From Cetorhinus maximus (lineage: Eukaryota): a DNA stretch of 64,000 nt. The stretch covers positions 52,328,001 to 52,392,000 of the forward strand of contig NC_135892.1 in NCBI RefSeq assembly GCF_964194155.1, read 5' to 3'. Of this stretch, positions 37,863-49,954 are shown one piece after another (the stretch's first letter is position 1; the number at the start of each line of letters is the position of its first letter). Position numbers and translations under genes: made by a program. The notes below the pieces were generated by a model, which worked only from the letters and a program-made list of their open reading frames with translations, was not told the DNA's origin and ran no database searches.

Positions 37863-40235
37863 TTTTATTTTATTCTTTTCATGGGATGTGAGTGTCACTA
37901 GCAAGGCCAGCATTTGTTGCACATCACTAATTGCCTTTGGGAAGGTAATAGTCAGCTGCCTTTTGAACTGCTGCAGCCCCTCTAGTGTAGGTATACCCAC
38001 AATGCTGTTAAGGAGAGGGTTACAGGATTTTTACCCAGTGACATTGAAGGAACAGTTAAATAGTTCCAAGTCAGGATGGTGTGTGACTTGGAGGGGAACT
38101 TGCAGGTGGTGCTGTTTCCGTGTGTCTGCTGCCCTGTACTTTTAGGTGGTAGAGTTCATGGATTTGGAATGTGCTGTCAAAGGCACCTTGGCAAGTTGCT
38201 GCAATGGTGTTATGGTATTGTCACTGGACTAGTAATCCAGTAACCCAGGGTAATGCTCTGGGGACCTGGGTTTGAATCCTGCCACGTCAGATGGTGGAAT
38301 TTGAATTCAATAAAAATCTAGAATTAAGAGTCTGATGATGACCATGAAACGATTGTCATAAAAACCCACCTGGTTCATTAATGTCTTTTAGGGAAGGGAA
38401 TCTGCTATCCTTACCTGGTCTGGCCTACATGTGACTCCAGACCCACAGCAATGTGGTTGACTCTTAAATGCCCTATGAACAAGGACAATTAGGGATGGGC
38501 AATAAATGCTGGCCTAGCCAGGGACACCCACACCCCATGAATGAATTTTAAAAATCACATGTTGTATATGGTACACATTGCTGCCACTGCATGTTGGTGG
38601 TGGATGGAATGAATATTTAAGATGGTGGATGGGTTGCTTTGGTCTGGATAGTGTCAAGCTTCTTGAGCATTGTTAGAGCTGCATTCATCCAGAAAAGTGG
38701 AGCAAATTCCATCACATTCCTGAACTGCACCTTGTAGGTTGTGACAAGCTTTGGGGAATTAGAAGGTGAGATATTCACTGTAGAATTCCCAAACCTTGAC
38801 CTGCTCTTGTAGCCACAGTATTTATATGGCTAGTCCAGTTCAGTTTCTGGTCAATGGTAACCCCAAGGATGTTGATAGAGGGGGATTCAGTGATGATAAT
38901 GCCATTGGATGTCAAGGGGAAATGGTTAGATTCTCTCTTCTTGGAAATGGTCATTGTCCTGGAGTTAATCGCATTGGCTGAAGATAGCAACCTATGATGC
39001 TAGGACCTCAAGCAGAGGCGAAGATAGATCATCCACTCAGCATTTCTAGCTGAAGATGGCTACAATGATTTCAGCCTTGTCTTTTGCACTGATGTGCTGG
39101 GCTCACACATCGTTGAGAATGAGAATGTTTGTGGAACCTCCTCCTCCAGTTAGTTGTTTCTTTGTCTACCATCATTCAAGATTGGATGTGGCAGAACTGC
39201 CAAGCTTTGATCTGATCCATTCGTTTGGGATTGTTCTGCTCTGTCTACCGCATGCTGATTCCACTGTTTAACATGCACAAAGTCCTGTGTTAGAGCTTCA
39301 CCAGGTTGGCAACTCATTTTTAGGTATGCCTGGTGCAGTTCCTGGAATGTTTTCCTGTGTTCATATTTAAACCAGAGTTGATCCCCTGGTTTAATGGTAA
39401 TGGTAGAGTGAGGGATTTGCCAGGCCATGTGACTATCATTTGTGATTGTACATTCTATGCCCTTGCTACCCTCAGTGGTGTTAAAATGGGGGAGAACTGA
39501 TTCATCTGCTGAGGGAGGGTGGGTAAGTGGTAATCATCAGGAGGTTTCCTTGCCCTTGTTTGACTTGATGCTGTGAGACTTCATGGGGTCTGTAGTCGAT
39601 GTTGATAACTCCCAGGGCAGAATATATACTACTGTGCTGCCACCTCTGGTGTCAGGGATGATGATGGGGGAATGCTGCAATATTGGCTGTAAGGGATGAG
39701 TGGTGAGTAACTATGCCAGGCTATTGCTTGATTAGTCTGTGGGATAGCTTTCCCAATTTTGGCACAAGCCCTCAGACGTTAATAAGGAGGATCAACTTTG
39801 CAGGGTCAAAAGGGCAGGGTTTGCCATTGTCATTCCCTGTGCTGAGGTCGACGCTGGGTGGTCCTTCGAGTTTTATTCCTTTTTATCTTTTCTGTAGTGA
39901 TTTGGTACAATTGAATGCCTTGCTCAGCCATTTTAGAGGGTAGTTAAAAGTCAACAATATTGCTGTGGGTCTGGAGTCACATGTAGGCCAGACCAGGTAA
40001 GGATGGCAGATTTCCTTTCCTGAAGGACATTCACGAACCAGACGGTTTTTAAAAAAATGACAACCTGATAGTTTCATGGTCACTGTTACTGAGACTAGGT
40101 TTTAGTTCCAGGATCATTTGTTAATTGAACTTAAATTCCATCAGCTGCCATGATGGGATTTGAACTCGTACCTCCGGAGCATTAGCCCAGGCCTCTGGAT
40201 TCCTAGTCCAGTAACATTACCACATGTCACCATCC
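37863..40235 (-). mobile_element. Internally deleted copy of the tRNA-headed LINE (head, EN, RT-end, tail)
   Basis: Head at 40235-39920, EN fragments 39800-39300, ILGVTIDQKLNWTSHI (38775-38990), tail at 37863; inserted in a CR1. Confidence 0.8.
38203..38555 (+). mobile_element. tRNA-derived SINE nested in the LINE
   Basis: tggtgttatggtattgtcactggactagtaatccag...gggtttgaatcc...catgaatgaatttt. Confidence 0.85.
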
Positions 40236-40614
40236 CCCATGCAAGCAAGATTGTGGTCAATGGAATATAGTGTGAAAAAATGTGAAGTTAGCCACTCTGG
40301 TAGGAAAAATAGAAAAGCAAAATATTATGGTGAAAGACCAGGAAATGTTTGTATTCAGAGGGTTCTGGGTGCTCTTGCACATGAATCCCAGAAAGTTATC
40401 ATGCAGGCACACCAAGCAATTAGGAAAATAAATAGTATGATTGGAAGAGTAATGAGCCTCACTGCAATGCTATGGGACTTTGGAAGACTACACCTGATGT
40501 ATTGAGTACAATTTTAGTCTCCTTACCAATGGAAGGATGCTTTAGAGGGAGTGCAATGATAGTTCATTGGACTGATTTCTGGGATGAGATGAATTTCCTA
40601 TGAGGGGAAATTAT

Positions 40615-41299
40615 GGCCAGGATCTTTAGGTTGGTGAGCTAGGGGTGGGGCCCACTTGCCAACACGTATAATGACACAGGATGACATCGGACGAAGTTCC
40701 TGATGTCACCCCACTTCATTTCAATTTTTATGTCGGCAGGGGCGCAGCTGAATCAACTGTGCACCCGCCGACCTGTCAACAGCCTATTGAGGCCATTTAC
40801 AAAGTAATTGACTGAATTAATGGACCTGTAGTCCAACCTGAAGGTTGGCGGGCAGGCCGGGAGTCCTGGGGGCTTCAGAAAAAGCATGAAACCTCATCCA
40901 TGGGCGGGATGAGTTTCATGATGGTTTTTAAAAGGTTAGAGTTAAAGTGATGGACATGTCCCAACTCATGTGACAGTGTCACATCAGAGGACATGTCAGG
41001 GAAATTTTGTTTCTGCTGCTTAAACATTTTTAAATTTGGCACCGACCTCCCTGATGCAGCATTTAGCCTCAGGGAGATTAGTGCGGTCTTCCGCGCACAT
41101 GCGCGAAAGAGCGCACTCTCAGCTGAGGGATTCCCCTCACCCGCACAGGGAGTGCATAGCACTTCCTGGCAGACATCATGCTGGGCAGGCCTTAATTGGC
41201 CCGCCCATGTAAAATGGCGGCATGCCACCAATTGGGGGCGCCGATCGGACATGCGCCCGCTCCTGCACTTCCCCCTCCAACAGTGGGAAAATTCTTCCC
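40615..41299. mobile_element. Harbinger-derived MITE
   Basis: TIRs ggccaggatc / gaaaattcttccc, TSD TAT; interrupts a CR1 (40250-41600). Confidence 0.85.
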
Positions 41300-41759
41300 T
41301 ATGTCATCTAAGCCTATATTCCCTAGAAGTTAGAAGAAAGGGAGATCATCTCATTGAAACCTATAAAATTCTTAAAGGAATTGAAGGTGCTGGGAGGATG
41401 TTTCCCCTGGCTGATGAGTCCAAACCCAGAGGGCCACAGTTTCAAAATAAGGGCTCAGCTTTTTAGGACTGAGATAGGAGAAATTTCCTCACTAAGGGTT
41501 GTGAATCTTTGGGGTTCTCTTTGCCAGAGGGCTTTAGATGCTCAGCCATTTAGTATATTCAAGTTAGAGATCGATAGATTTTTGGATTCTAATTGAACCA
41601 AGCGATTATGGTGATAGTGGGGGAATGTGTTGTTTCATTGCGCTGTTGGAGCCTAAACAGGGGTTTTTGGGATTATCTGCTCTCCCAAAGTGTGCTGCTA
41701 GAGCGTGTAGTTCTCAAAATGATTCCTCTTTACTTACAGCAAGTATTTACACATTTGGA

Positions 41760-42645
41760 TAAAAGCAAAATACTGCGGATATTGGAAATGCGAAACAAAA
41801 ACAGAAAATGCTGAAAAACTCAGCAGGTCTAACAGCATCTGTGGAGAGAAAAAAACAGAGGGTAGAATATCCCCCCGTCGGGGGTGTTGTGCGGGGACAG
41901 GTGTGGGCAGGTACGGACCCAATTGGCGCCCCTGATTGGGTCTGCACCGCCATTTTACATGGGCGGGCCAATTAAAGCCTGCCCAGCGTGACGCGCACCT
42001 GGACGGGCTGCGCGCTCCCTGTGTAGGCGGCGGTTCCCTGAGTCGGGGAGTACACTCTTTCACGTGCATCTCCCTGAGGCACAGAGGTGGCTCAGGGAGA
42101 TTAGTTTCACTAATGAAACATTGATTAGCGGTAAACAAAACTTTTAAGGACATGCCGCCTCATGTGAAACTGTCACATGAGCTGGGACATGTCCATTAAT
42201 TTTATTAAAAACTTTTAAAACATTTAAAAAAGATTCATGAAACCTCATCCCGCCTGTGGATGAGGTTCCATGAAAAATGCAACGGCTGCCTGGGCTCTTC
42301 GTGTGCCCTTGAACCTTAAGGTTGGACAGGCAGCTCAGTTTATTAGTTTAACTGATATTTAAATAGCCTTAATAGGTCTTTGAAAGTTTGGCGGGCGCGC
42401 AGCCAAGTCGGCTGCACGCCCACCGAACTGAAAATCTAAATGACGCGCAATGATATTGGGACGCACGCCCAACATCACCATGCGTCATTTCATGCCTTGA
42501 CAAGCCGCCCCCGACCCCAAGCCGAAGATTCTGCCCAGAGTGAACATTTCGAGTCCATATCGACTCGAAACGTTAACTCTGTTTTTTTTTCTCTCTACAG
42601 ATGCTGTTAGACCTGCTGAGTTTTTCCAGCATTTTCTGTCTTTGT
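41760..42645. mobile_element. Penelope terminal-repeat fold-back insertion
   Basis: 14-bp TSD tttacacatttgga (41746-41759, 42646-42659); inverted arms meet at tttcgagtccatatcgactcgaaa. Confidence 0.85.
41860..42536. mobile_element. Harbinger-derived MITE nested in the Penelope repeat
   Basis: TIRs gggtagaat / gattctgccc, TSD AGA. Confidence 0.85.
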
Positions 42646-43929
42646 TTTACACATTTGGACCTCTACACAAGGCTGGAGCTTCTCTTCTTTCCAGTTCTCT
42701 CTTACTTCTCAGTCATGTGACCTGACATCGTGATTACACCAGTATCATGTATGCTTCTGATGTTAACCTTTTACCCTGCAGGTGTAGCTGAGGAAGAAAA
42801 TTCGGCATGATTACAATGAATGGCGGAGCAGGCTCTAGGGGCCAAGTGGCCAATCCTGCTCCTATTTTTATTTTCTTATGTTTCGTTCCCATTTTTAAAA
42901 ATTCACTTCCTTCTAGAACTTAAAATTGCCATCCTTTGTGATTTAGACTAACTTTTAAAATAAACACACACACACACACACACACACACACGTATCTTTC
43001 TTTTTGGCCATACATTCATTAAAAAATATTTGGCTGTCTTGATTTCAGACTTGTCTCTGTGCTTACAGCGTTTATTAATATCATTTCCATCTTCTCTCAG
43101 ATTCATTTTTTGCCTCAGCTGAATCCCACCAGTGCTATACTGTTGCACTGACATGCTCTACTGGATGCATGCAATGCTATGCACTTCCAGCTCTTGGATT
43201 TTTATATTCTCACGTTCATTGGTAAAAAGTTTTTAAATTTTTCCCTGATGTGACAACTTTCCTCAATCAGTTTTCTAACTTTGTATGAGCCTCATCTGGA
43301 ATTTTACCAGTTGAATTTCAGAGTTCCCTTCAAGCACAGAGAGATCAGGCAAGAGCAGCGAGTTAAATGGGAGGTTCAGTGAAAGGTCAAGATAACCATG
43401 TAGGCATGCCATATGACTCCAGAACATTGGTAATTTGACAAGGGCATAACAAAAGAACTGCTATTGGTTGGGTCTTGTTTGCCTAATATGCTGTGCAATT
43501 TTAAGTAAATGATGCTTTACAAAAAATTGTGTGATTTTAAAAAGGAGACACATTCCTCATGAATGGCCCTGCTATGTGTGGGAAGTTTTGTCATGAGGAA
43601 CATGAGAATAATTTTTATCTTCACCTGGAGAGAACACTGACTGATACTTGGAATTGGCCTAATTTGAGTATTGAAGTGGACCTCTTGCACCTCCTCATGT
43701 CTGTAAAACCATTAGCCTGGTACTTTCTTTTTCCAATGACAACAGGACATTCATGGCCTGGCTACAGTACATTGGAGAACATGATGTTATAAGGAGAGTA
43801 GCATTATACTATGTTAGTATAATGTATCGTTCTCATGCTGTATCCCTTAAAGTCACAAGATATAATTGCTGTAAATAGGTCCTGAGACCAATTAGATTGA
43901 TGGTTTTGCTTGCTGTAAATTCTTGAAAT

Positions 43930-44880
43930 TGTTACATTCCTTCGCCAGACCTCAAGTTGTTGGTGAGATCCAGGTGGGATCAATAACTTACTAAGTGAAG
44001 ATAACTACAAGATTCCACGGGTTTTGAACAAATATAAACTTTACCAGGCAAGATCAAAAACATAAAACAATTTACAATACTTATCTTATATTCTAACATC
44101 CTGGGTAAGTATGAGGTACATGTGAATTAATAGGTAAACTGTGGTCGGACACATCACACAATAAATGACAGATGCACCCTAAACAGATTCCATGGATTTC
44201 CAACCCACCCAGACATTAGTCACACTGTGAGTCAACCAATCTCACTGAAACTCTGTCTCTCTCACGAGGGTTTCCAGTCTTCACCTTCGAAGAACCCACC
44301 TTGGAATTCTCTTCAAAAGTCACTCCAATTCAGATGGCTTCAAGGAGAGCCCACCTTGCAGGGTTTCAATCTTGCATTCCAAGATTCCATTCCCCTGGGT
44401 TCCTGAGTGTACATTCAAACACCAATTACAGGCACACCTTCAGATCTTCCGTGATGGAGAATGCCACTGCTCCAAACCTTTGGCCTTCTTTACTTAAAGA
44501 CTGTTCCCTGCAGCCTTTCTCTAACTTGGAATCTGTTTCTCTGCTCCTTCCTTTTAACTGAACTTAACTGGGACCTTTTTCTGTGCCCTGTCTTTTTCCC
44601 TTACCTGTGACTTCCTTTTGGGCCCTCTCCCTGCCCCCCTCCCTTGTCCCTCTCTCTGGGACACCTCTCTTCGAGTTAAAACTGACTCACAGACTGACTC
44701 AAACTGACTATTCACTGACCCTTGAACTGATCTGGTGACCTATCAAAACACTCCAAGAAGGTCCCACCCTTGCTACCGGGCAGGAACAAATGTAACAAGC
44801 AGTGGAACATTCTGTACCTTAAATGTTACAATCTCCATCATTTGCTAACTTAGCACAAAGAAAAAAATGGCTTCGTAACA
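43930..44880. mobile_element. Solo LTR
   Basis: Termini tgttac...gtaaca, 4-bp TSD aaat. Confidence 0.85.
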
Positions 44881-45013
44881 AAATTAAAACAAAATGCTGG
44901 AAAAACTCAGCAGGTCTGGTAGCATCTGTGGAGAGAGAAACAGAGTTAACATTTCAAGTCTAGCATGACTCTTCTTTGGAATAGAATCATATTGGACTCA
45001 AAACATTAACTCT

Positions 45014-45141
45014 GGTCAGAATTTTCTGGTCCCATCGTGGTGGGACCTGCTGTGGGAGATTTGATGTCCCACCCAAACGTCCATTGACTTTCGGCGGGAC
45101 CCGATGATCCCGACAGTGGGTGAGGGCAGAAAACCCTCTCC
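45014..45141. mobile_element. ~130-bp Harbinger-type mini-MITE
   Basis: ggtcagaattttc / gaaaaccctctcc, TSD tct/tca. Confidence 0.6.
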
Positions 45142-47598
45142 TCAGTTTCTCTCTTCGCAGACCTGCTGATTTTTCCAGCACTTTGTTTTTATTTTACTGT
45201 AAATTCTTGATTTTATTTGCATCTCATACCCAAAAGCCAGAAGAGTGTATCATGAAATGAATTTTCTTTTTTCAAAATTAAGGTTATTTATGTCTATAAC
45301 AAAGTGTGACCTTAATGCAATGAAGGTTCACTCATGCAGGGAAGCACATCAGACATCAAACAATCACAAATTAAAACAGGAAATGCTGGAAAAACTCAGC
45401 AGGTCTGGCAGCATCTGCGGAGAGAGAAACAGTTACCATTTTGAGCCCGCATAACTCTTCTTCAGAGTTCCGCTCCAAGACTTGAACATTAAAATCAACA
45501 CTCTGGTACAGCACTGAGGGAGTGCTGCACTGTTGGGGATGCTGTCTTTCAGATGAGGTGTTAAACCAAGAGCCTGCTTGCTAGGGTGGATGTGAAAGAC
45601 CCACAGCACTATTTCTAAGAAGAGCAGGGGAGGTGTCCTGGTCAATATTTATCCTTCAATCAACATCACAATAGGAGATTATCTGGTCATTCTCATTGCT
45701 GTTTGTGGGTGTTTCCTGTGCGCACATTGGCTGCTAAGTTTCCTACAATACAACAGTGATTACATTTCAAAAGTACTTAGTTGGCTGTATAGCACATTGA
45801 GATGTCCAGTGGTCATGAAAACCACTATATAAATGCAAGCCTTTCCTTTCTGTTCTTTTTTATAAATGTGCAATAGATATTGATAGTTATAGAGCGCAAT
45901 TTTAGCAGGATGGCCAAATTCCACGTGACCAATTAGAATGATGAAGAAGATTGATGAAAAGTTTCATATTTTAAGGTGTTCATGTAGCTGTGGAACAATT
46001 CCTATATTCTTAGCCTTGGTTTGTTTGTCTTCTATGGCTTCCATGACTTTTTGCACCTGCATAAACTAAGATAAGTCTCAGAAGTGCTAGACTAAGAAGG
46101 TCATTTAGGAAGTGCAGAGACATGCCAGCACAGGCACAGTGGGCCGAATGGCCTTCTGTGCTGTAACATTTTATGGTTTCTATGATTTTAGCAGTCAACT
46201 GTAAAATTCAGCTCTGTTGGTATAACAGTAGATCAGCTTCAGGTTAAATTTTCAAGCATTTAAAGATTCAGGTTAAATTCTCAGCATGCTTTGTATGCTT
46301 CCGTTCCAGCCTCCACATTGAACCAATAGAACTACTGAGTCTCACAGCTGACAGAAATATTGATAAGCTGGGGAAATCGCTATGACTTTTGTTCACACAG
46401 AGTGCAGAAATCAACTCCCACAGAGCCGTTTCAGTTACACAGCTTCTATTGTGTAGCAAAACTCTGTTTATAATGGGAAGAAAAATCAACTACTTCGCTT
46501 ACTGAGGAGCCAATTGAAATAAGGACTGGATTTTTTCACAAGCCCTCCTGCTGGGTTTTGGGCAGAACAATGGTGGAGATCCATTTGGGACAGGTGGGCA
46601 CCCAAAATGCTTCTGTCCACCATCTCCATGCTAGTTTAATGACCTCTTATCAGTGGGAGGCAGTGTGGAAGGGCACTGGTGGGTGTGATGCCAGTGCCAA
46701 TGTTGGCAAAATTTAACGGTCCCAAGCTTTTTTTTGTGAAATATACAGTTCTGATTTGCATCCCAGAAGTAGCATGAATTACCGTACTCTCAAATACAAC
46801 TTCAGTTTCGCAAAAGGAAGATCTGAAGTGCACTTAATGTATAAGCAGTTTCAGAAACAAGGTGGAATTTTGGACTTTAAAAAGTAAGGATTGTAGTAAA
46901 AACAGGGAAGAGCTTCATTTTAATATTTAAATTATTGTATAAGATACATATGATCCTAACCAGGCATGTGCTGTGCTCTGAATTTTTCAGGAAATCAGCT
47001 TTTAAAATGGAAGCCCCTGTGTTTTGAAAAGAAGCTCAGAAAGTACCATTTTACTCTAGCCTTATGTTGGGTGATTCTTTCAGTGCTAAATTTTGTTTCA
47101 ATCTTTGGCATGGAGTTTTGCCTGCCAAATTCCTAGTTACTGTAATAATAATTTTGAAAATTGGAATTTCCAGGAGAATTCCTCTCTTTTTGTATTATTT
47201 ATAGAAGAAAGAAGTGGATGAAAGAAGGGATGCCAGGCAGGTTGGAAAAATTCACAGGGGAACTGGCCTTAGCGGCCTCTACATACAAACCAAATCTACA
47301 GGCAGAGGCGCACCTACCTCCCAGAGTCAAAGGCTCATTACAGTGGGGAGGCAGTGACAGAGTTATGCTGTCTCCTAGAATTTGACCTCCAGCCACAGGG
47401 ACCACTGACAGAAACTGTCAAGGTTACTATAGTTCTCAACTTTTATGCATCTGGATCATTCATGTTGCCATAGGAGACATCATCTGTATAACTCTGAAAT
47501 CCTGATGGTTTGATACCATCTACTGGGGTACATAGATCTACTGGGGGGGCCAATGGGGAGATCCAATGGAATTGAAGGAGGGTGTGAGATGTGCTTGC

Positions 47599-48571
47599 TG
47601 TGGGCAGCTGCAGCTTTTTGAATATAATAAAAGGGTCATTACATTGTGGAAGCTTTTTATGGACACAGGGAGAAGCTAAGCTTACAATTACTATTTAACA
47701 TTATTCATAAGGCTAACATCGGCTAACCTCTGTAAATGAGTTAACAAAGAATCTTTATGCTGTGTTCATGGTTTTGTGCTATTATTAGGAAGGTGACTGG
47801 TTAAAGGCCAGGCAACAAATGGTTAAAAGCCAGGCAACAATTGTTCTTCTTCCCAGTTTGTGACCTTTTTGATTAAGTTGTTTGTTTGAAACTAAAAATA
47901 AGGCTAAAAGGTAATGTCCTAATGTAATGCAACTGATGATTGCTGTTTGTTTAGAATATCATTGAATAAGTAGAAGTTCGGCAGTTTGTAATCACCCTTA
48001 TGCAATGGTTGCTTGGTGGAACCGGGGACAGATGAGGGAGGTACTAAAGCAAGCAGATCGATGAGGAGATTGGTCAAACTTGCTTTTGACTTTCATGCTC
48101 TAGGGAGGGTTGCCGGGGGTGAAAATGAACCAATCATGGACTATCACTATCAGAGAAAGGAGCCAATCATGGACTGTCGCTATCAAAGAAAGAAGCCAAT
48201 CATGGACTGCTGCTATCAGAGAAAGGAGCCAGAAAGTATGTACATGGCAGGGCGGGAAGCAGAGGCTTATTTAAGCTTGGTGTTCGTTAAGCTCGAGGCC
48301 ATCACTGCAGCCTGGCAAGGAAGGGGGATAACTAGGAAGGATGGTCAGCTATCTGAACAGAACATAGACAAGGAAGGATCGATTACCCATCCTGCCTGTT
48401 TCTTGGGGAAACCATGCAACCAAAGCATGGGGTGAGTAGTCACTGGTACAAGTATTATTGAACTGTCCGTAACAGCAATTAAGTAATAAAGTGCTTCGGG
48501 CGAAGTCTTGAGTTTTGGGTCATTGATATCCAGAGTAAACCTCCAAACCCAGGTGGTAGAAATAGCCTACA
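47599..48571 (+). mobile_element. Solo LTR with triplicated CCAAT module
   Basis: Termini tgtgggc...gcctaca, TSD ttgc; three 33-bp units beginning ccaatcatggac (48130-48228); ttatttaa ~48267; aataaa ~48485. Confidence 0.8.
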
Positions 48572-48930
48572 TTGCAAATGACAACTTTAGGTCACAATGA
48601 CGTTGTGAGGTAATTTTCATCTTAACCAACCAAGTACACCACCAAGGTGTTAAGTATTGCTTGGACAGTGAGCATAAAGTAAGGATTGCATACAACTAAT
48701 AGAACCGCCTGGATGTTACTAACACTGGAATGAATGGAAGACCAATCCCACGGGTTCTGTAAGGGGGCACTTGATCCTCTCACTAGATTTTCCCCTTTGT
48801 GCACCGTCTAGGCAGTACTTAATGTCCAGGAGGAAGTACAAAAATATAAATTTGTTCATCTTCACTTCCATCATTTCTGCTCTGGGATCCACTGATCTAA
48901 CTAATGCAGCATAAAGCAGGGGCAACATAG
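48572..48930 (-). pseudogene. Putative late EC-repeat exon of the cadherin remnant
   Basis: PLLYAALV...VKMNKFIFLYFLLD...DG; ...ILNTLVVYLVG*DEN resembles the recalled type-III cadherin YxPVVWEN..V.MN..LL.A.D / TNTLTITIGDEND. Confidence 0.5.
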
Positions 48931-49565
48931 GACAGCAACTGTGGAGGACTGATGCAGAATCTTAAAGGTGAATTGTTGTGCTTCATTGTACTGTTACACA
49001 GGGGTTCATAGTTTCACTTTAGATTCGTCTTTTGTGAAAAATATATTGTTCTTTATTTCTTAAGCCCTAGCTTAATTTGAAAGCTTCCCTCAAGACTGTT
49101 CCTGGTTTGGGTAATTTTGCTAAAATGAAGAGTAGGGCTGAAAAAGCTCTTTCCCCTAGAAAATTCTCTTCTTTAGGATTAATTTGTTGGAGGACGCAAA
49201 GGAGGTGAAACAGCAGGTAACCAGAACCCCAGACTGATAATGTAACACTACAGAAGGTCTAGACCCTTCTACAGATACACTACCACCATGGTGTATAGGC
49301 CAAGAAGATCATTCCTTAATATGCCAGTGGAGTTATGTGTCAAGAGACCTCTACTGGTAGTGTAAAAATGCTAGCAGTGATTCGCTAGTCCACTTTGCAC
49401 ATTGCCCAATTCTCTTTTCCATTGACTTCACATTGCTTTCCTTTTATGTGCAATTTTGTTTTTAAACATAACAGCAATGGGTGTTAACATAAAGATGTTG
49501 ATTTTGTCCCTTCCCAGTGGCAAAAACAGTGCTTGTCGATGGTTAAAAACAAATTGGTCACTTAC

Positions 49566-49698
49566 CTGTCCAGATGGTGACCATTTCCAATGTTAACCTG
49601 CAGACTTTTTCAGGACAATGAGGTGTCTAAACCAGATGGGAGCCTCATTAATTTATGCATCACATCAATAGGAGCCCCAACACAGTTTTAGCAGGGAC
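49566..49698 (-). pseudogene. Putative EC-repeat exon of the cadherin remnant
   Basis: ctctctgctcag|...CAG|gtaag; IDV.. INEAPIWF (DxNExPxF-type linker) with frameshift and stops. Confidence 0.5.
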
Positions 49699-49954
49699 CT
49701 GAGCAGAGAGGCTGTGGTGTATTGGACTGATAAAAGCTCACACATGGGCTCATCTGTAAGCAACCATGTAGAACACACTTTATTTACACCTCCTCAACAA
49801 GAGAGGGCAGCAGAGAGGGTAGTATCACAATATGATCAGTACAAAACACTACACTCCCTCCCCACTCAAAAAAAAAAGAGGCTAACATGAAATGTAGAAT
49901 GGCACATGTACATAATTCCACAGAATATGTCTAAACCAATATGAACAATATCTG

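Larger units (their letters stand above)
43927..45196. mobile_element. Penelope fold-back insertion containing a solo LTR and a mini-MITE
   Basis: 14-bp TSD ctgtaaattcttga (43913-43926, 45197-45210); arms at 44885-45013 and 45142-45196. Confidence 0.8.
2903..49698 (-). pseudogene. Decayed multi-exon type-III (DN-cadherin/cHz-like) classical cadherin
   Basis: A series of minus-strand segments, several with GT/AG boundaries, in the order EC repeats (49698-47500), LamG1/EGF (33650-27750), LamG2/EGF (27600-25390), EGF (9217-9127), TM (8849-8612), cytoplasmic tail (8335-2903). Several carry stops or frameshifts. The family call rests on recalled motifs. Confidence 0.55.

Noticed and set aside
48130-48228. 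CRISPR-like regular repeats
   Set aside because: Contiguous 33-bp tandem units without unique spacers, inside a eukaryotic LTR.
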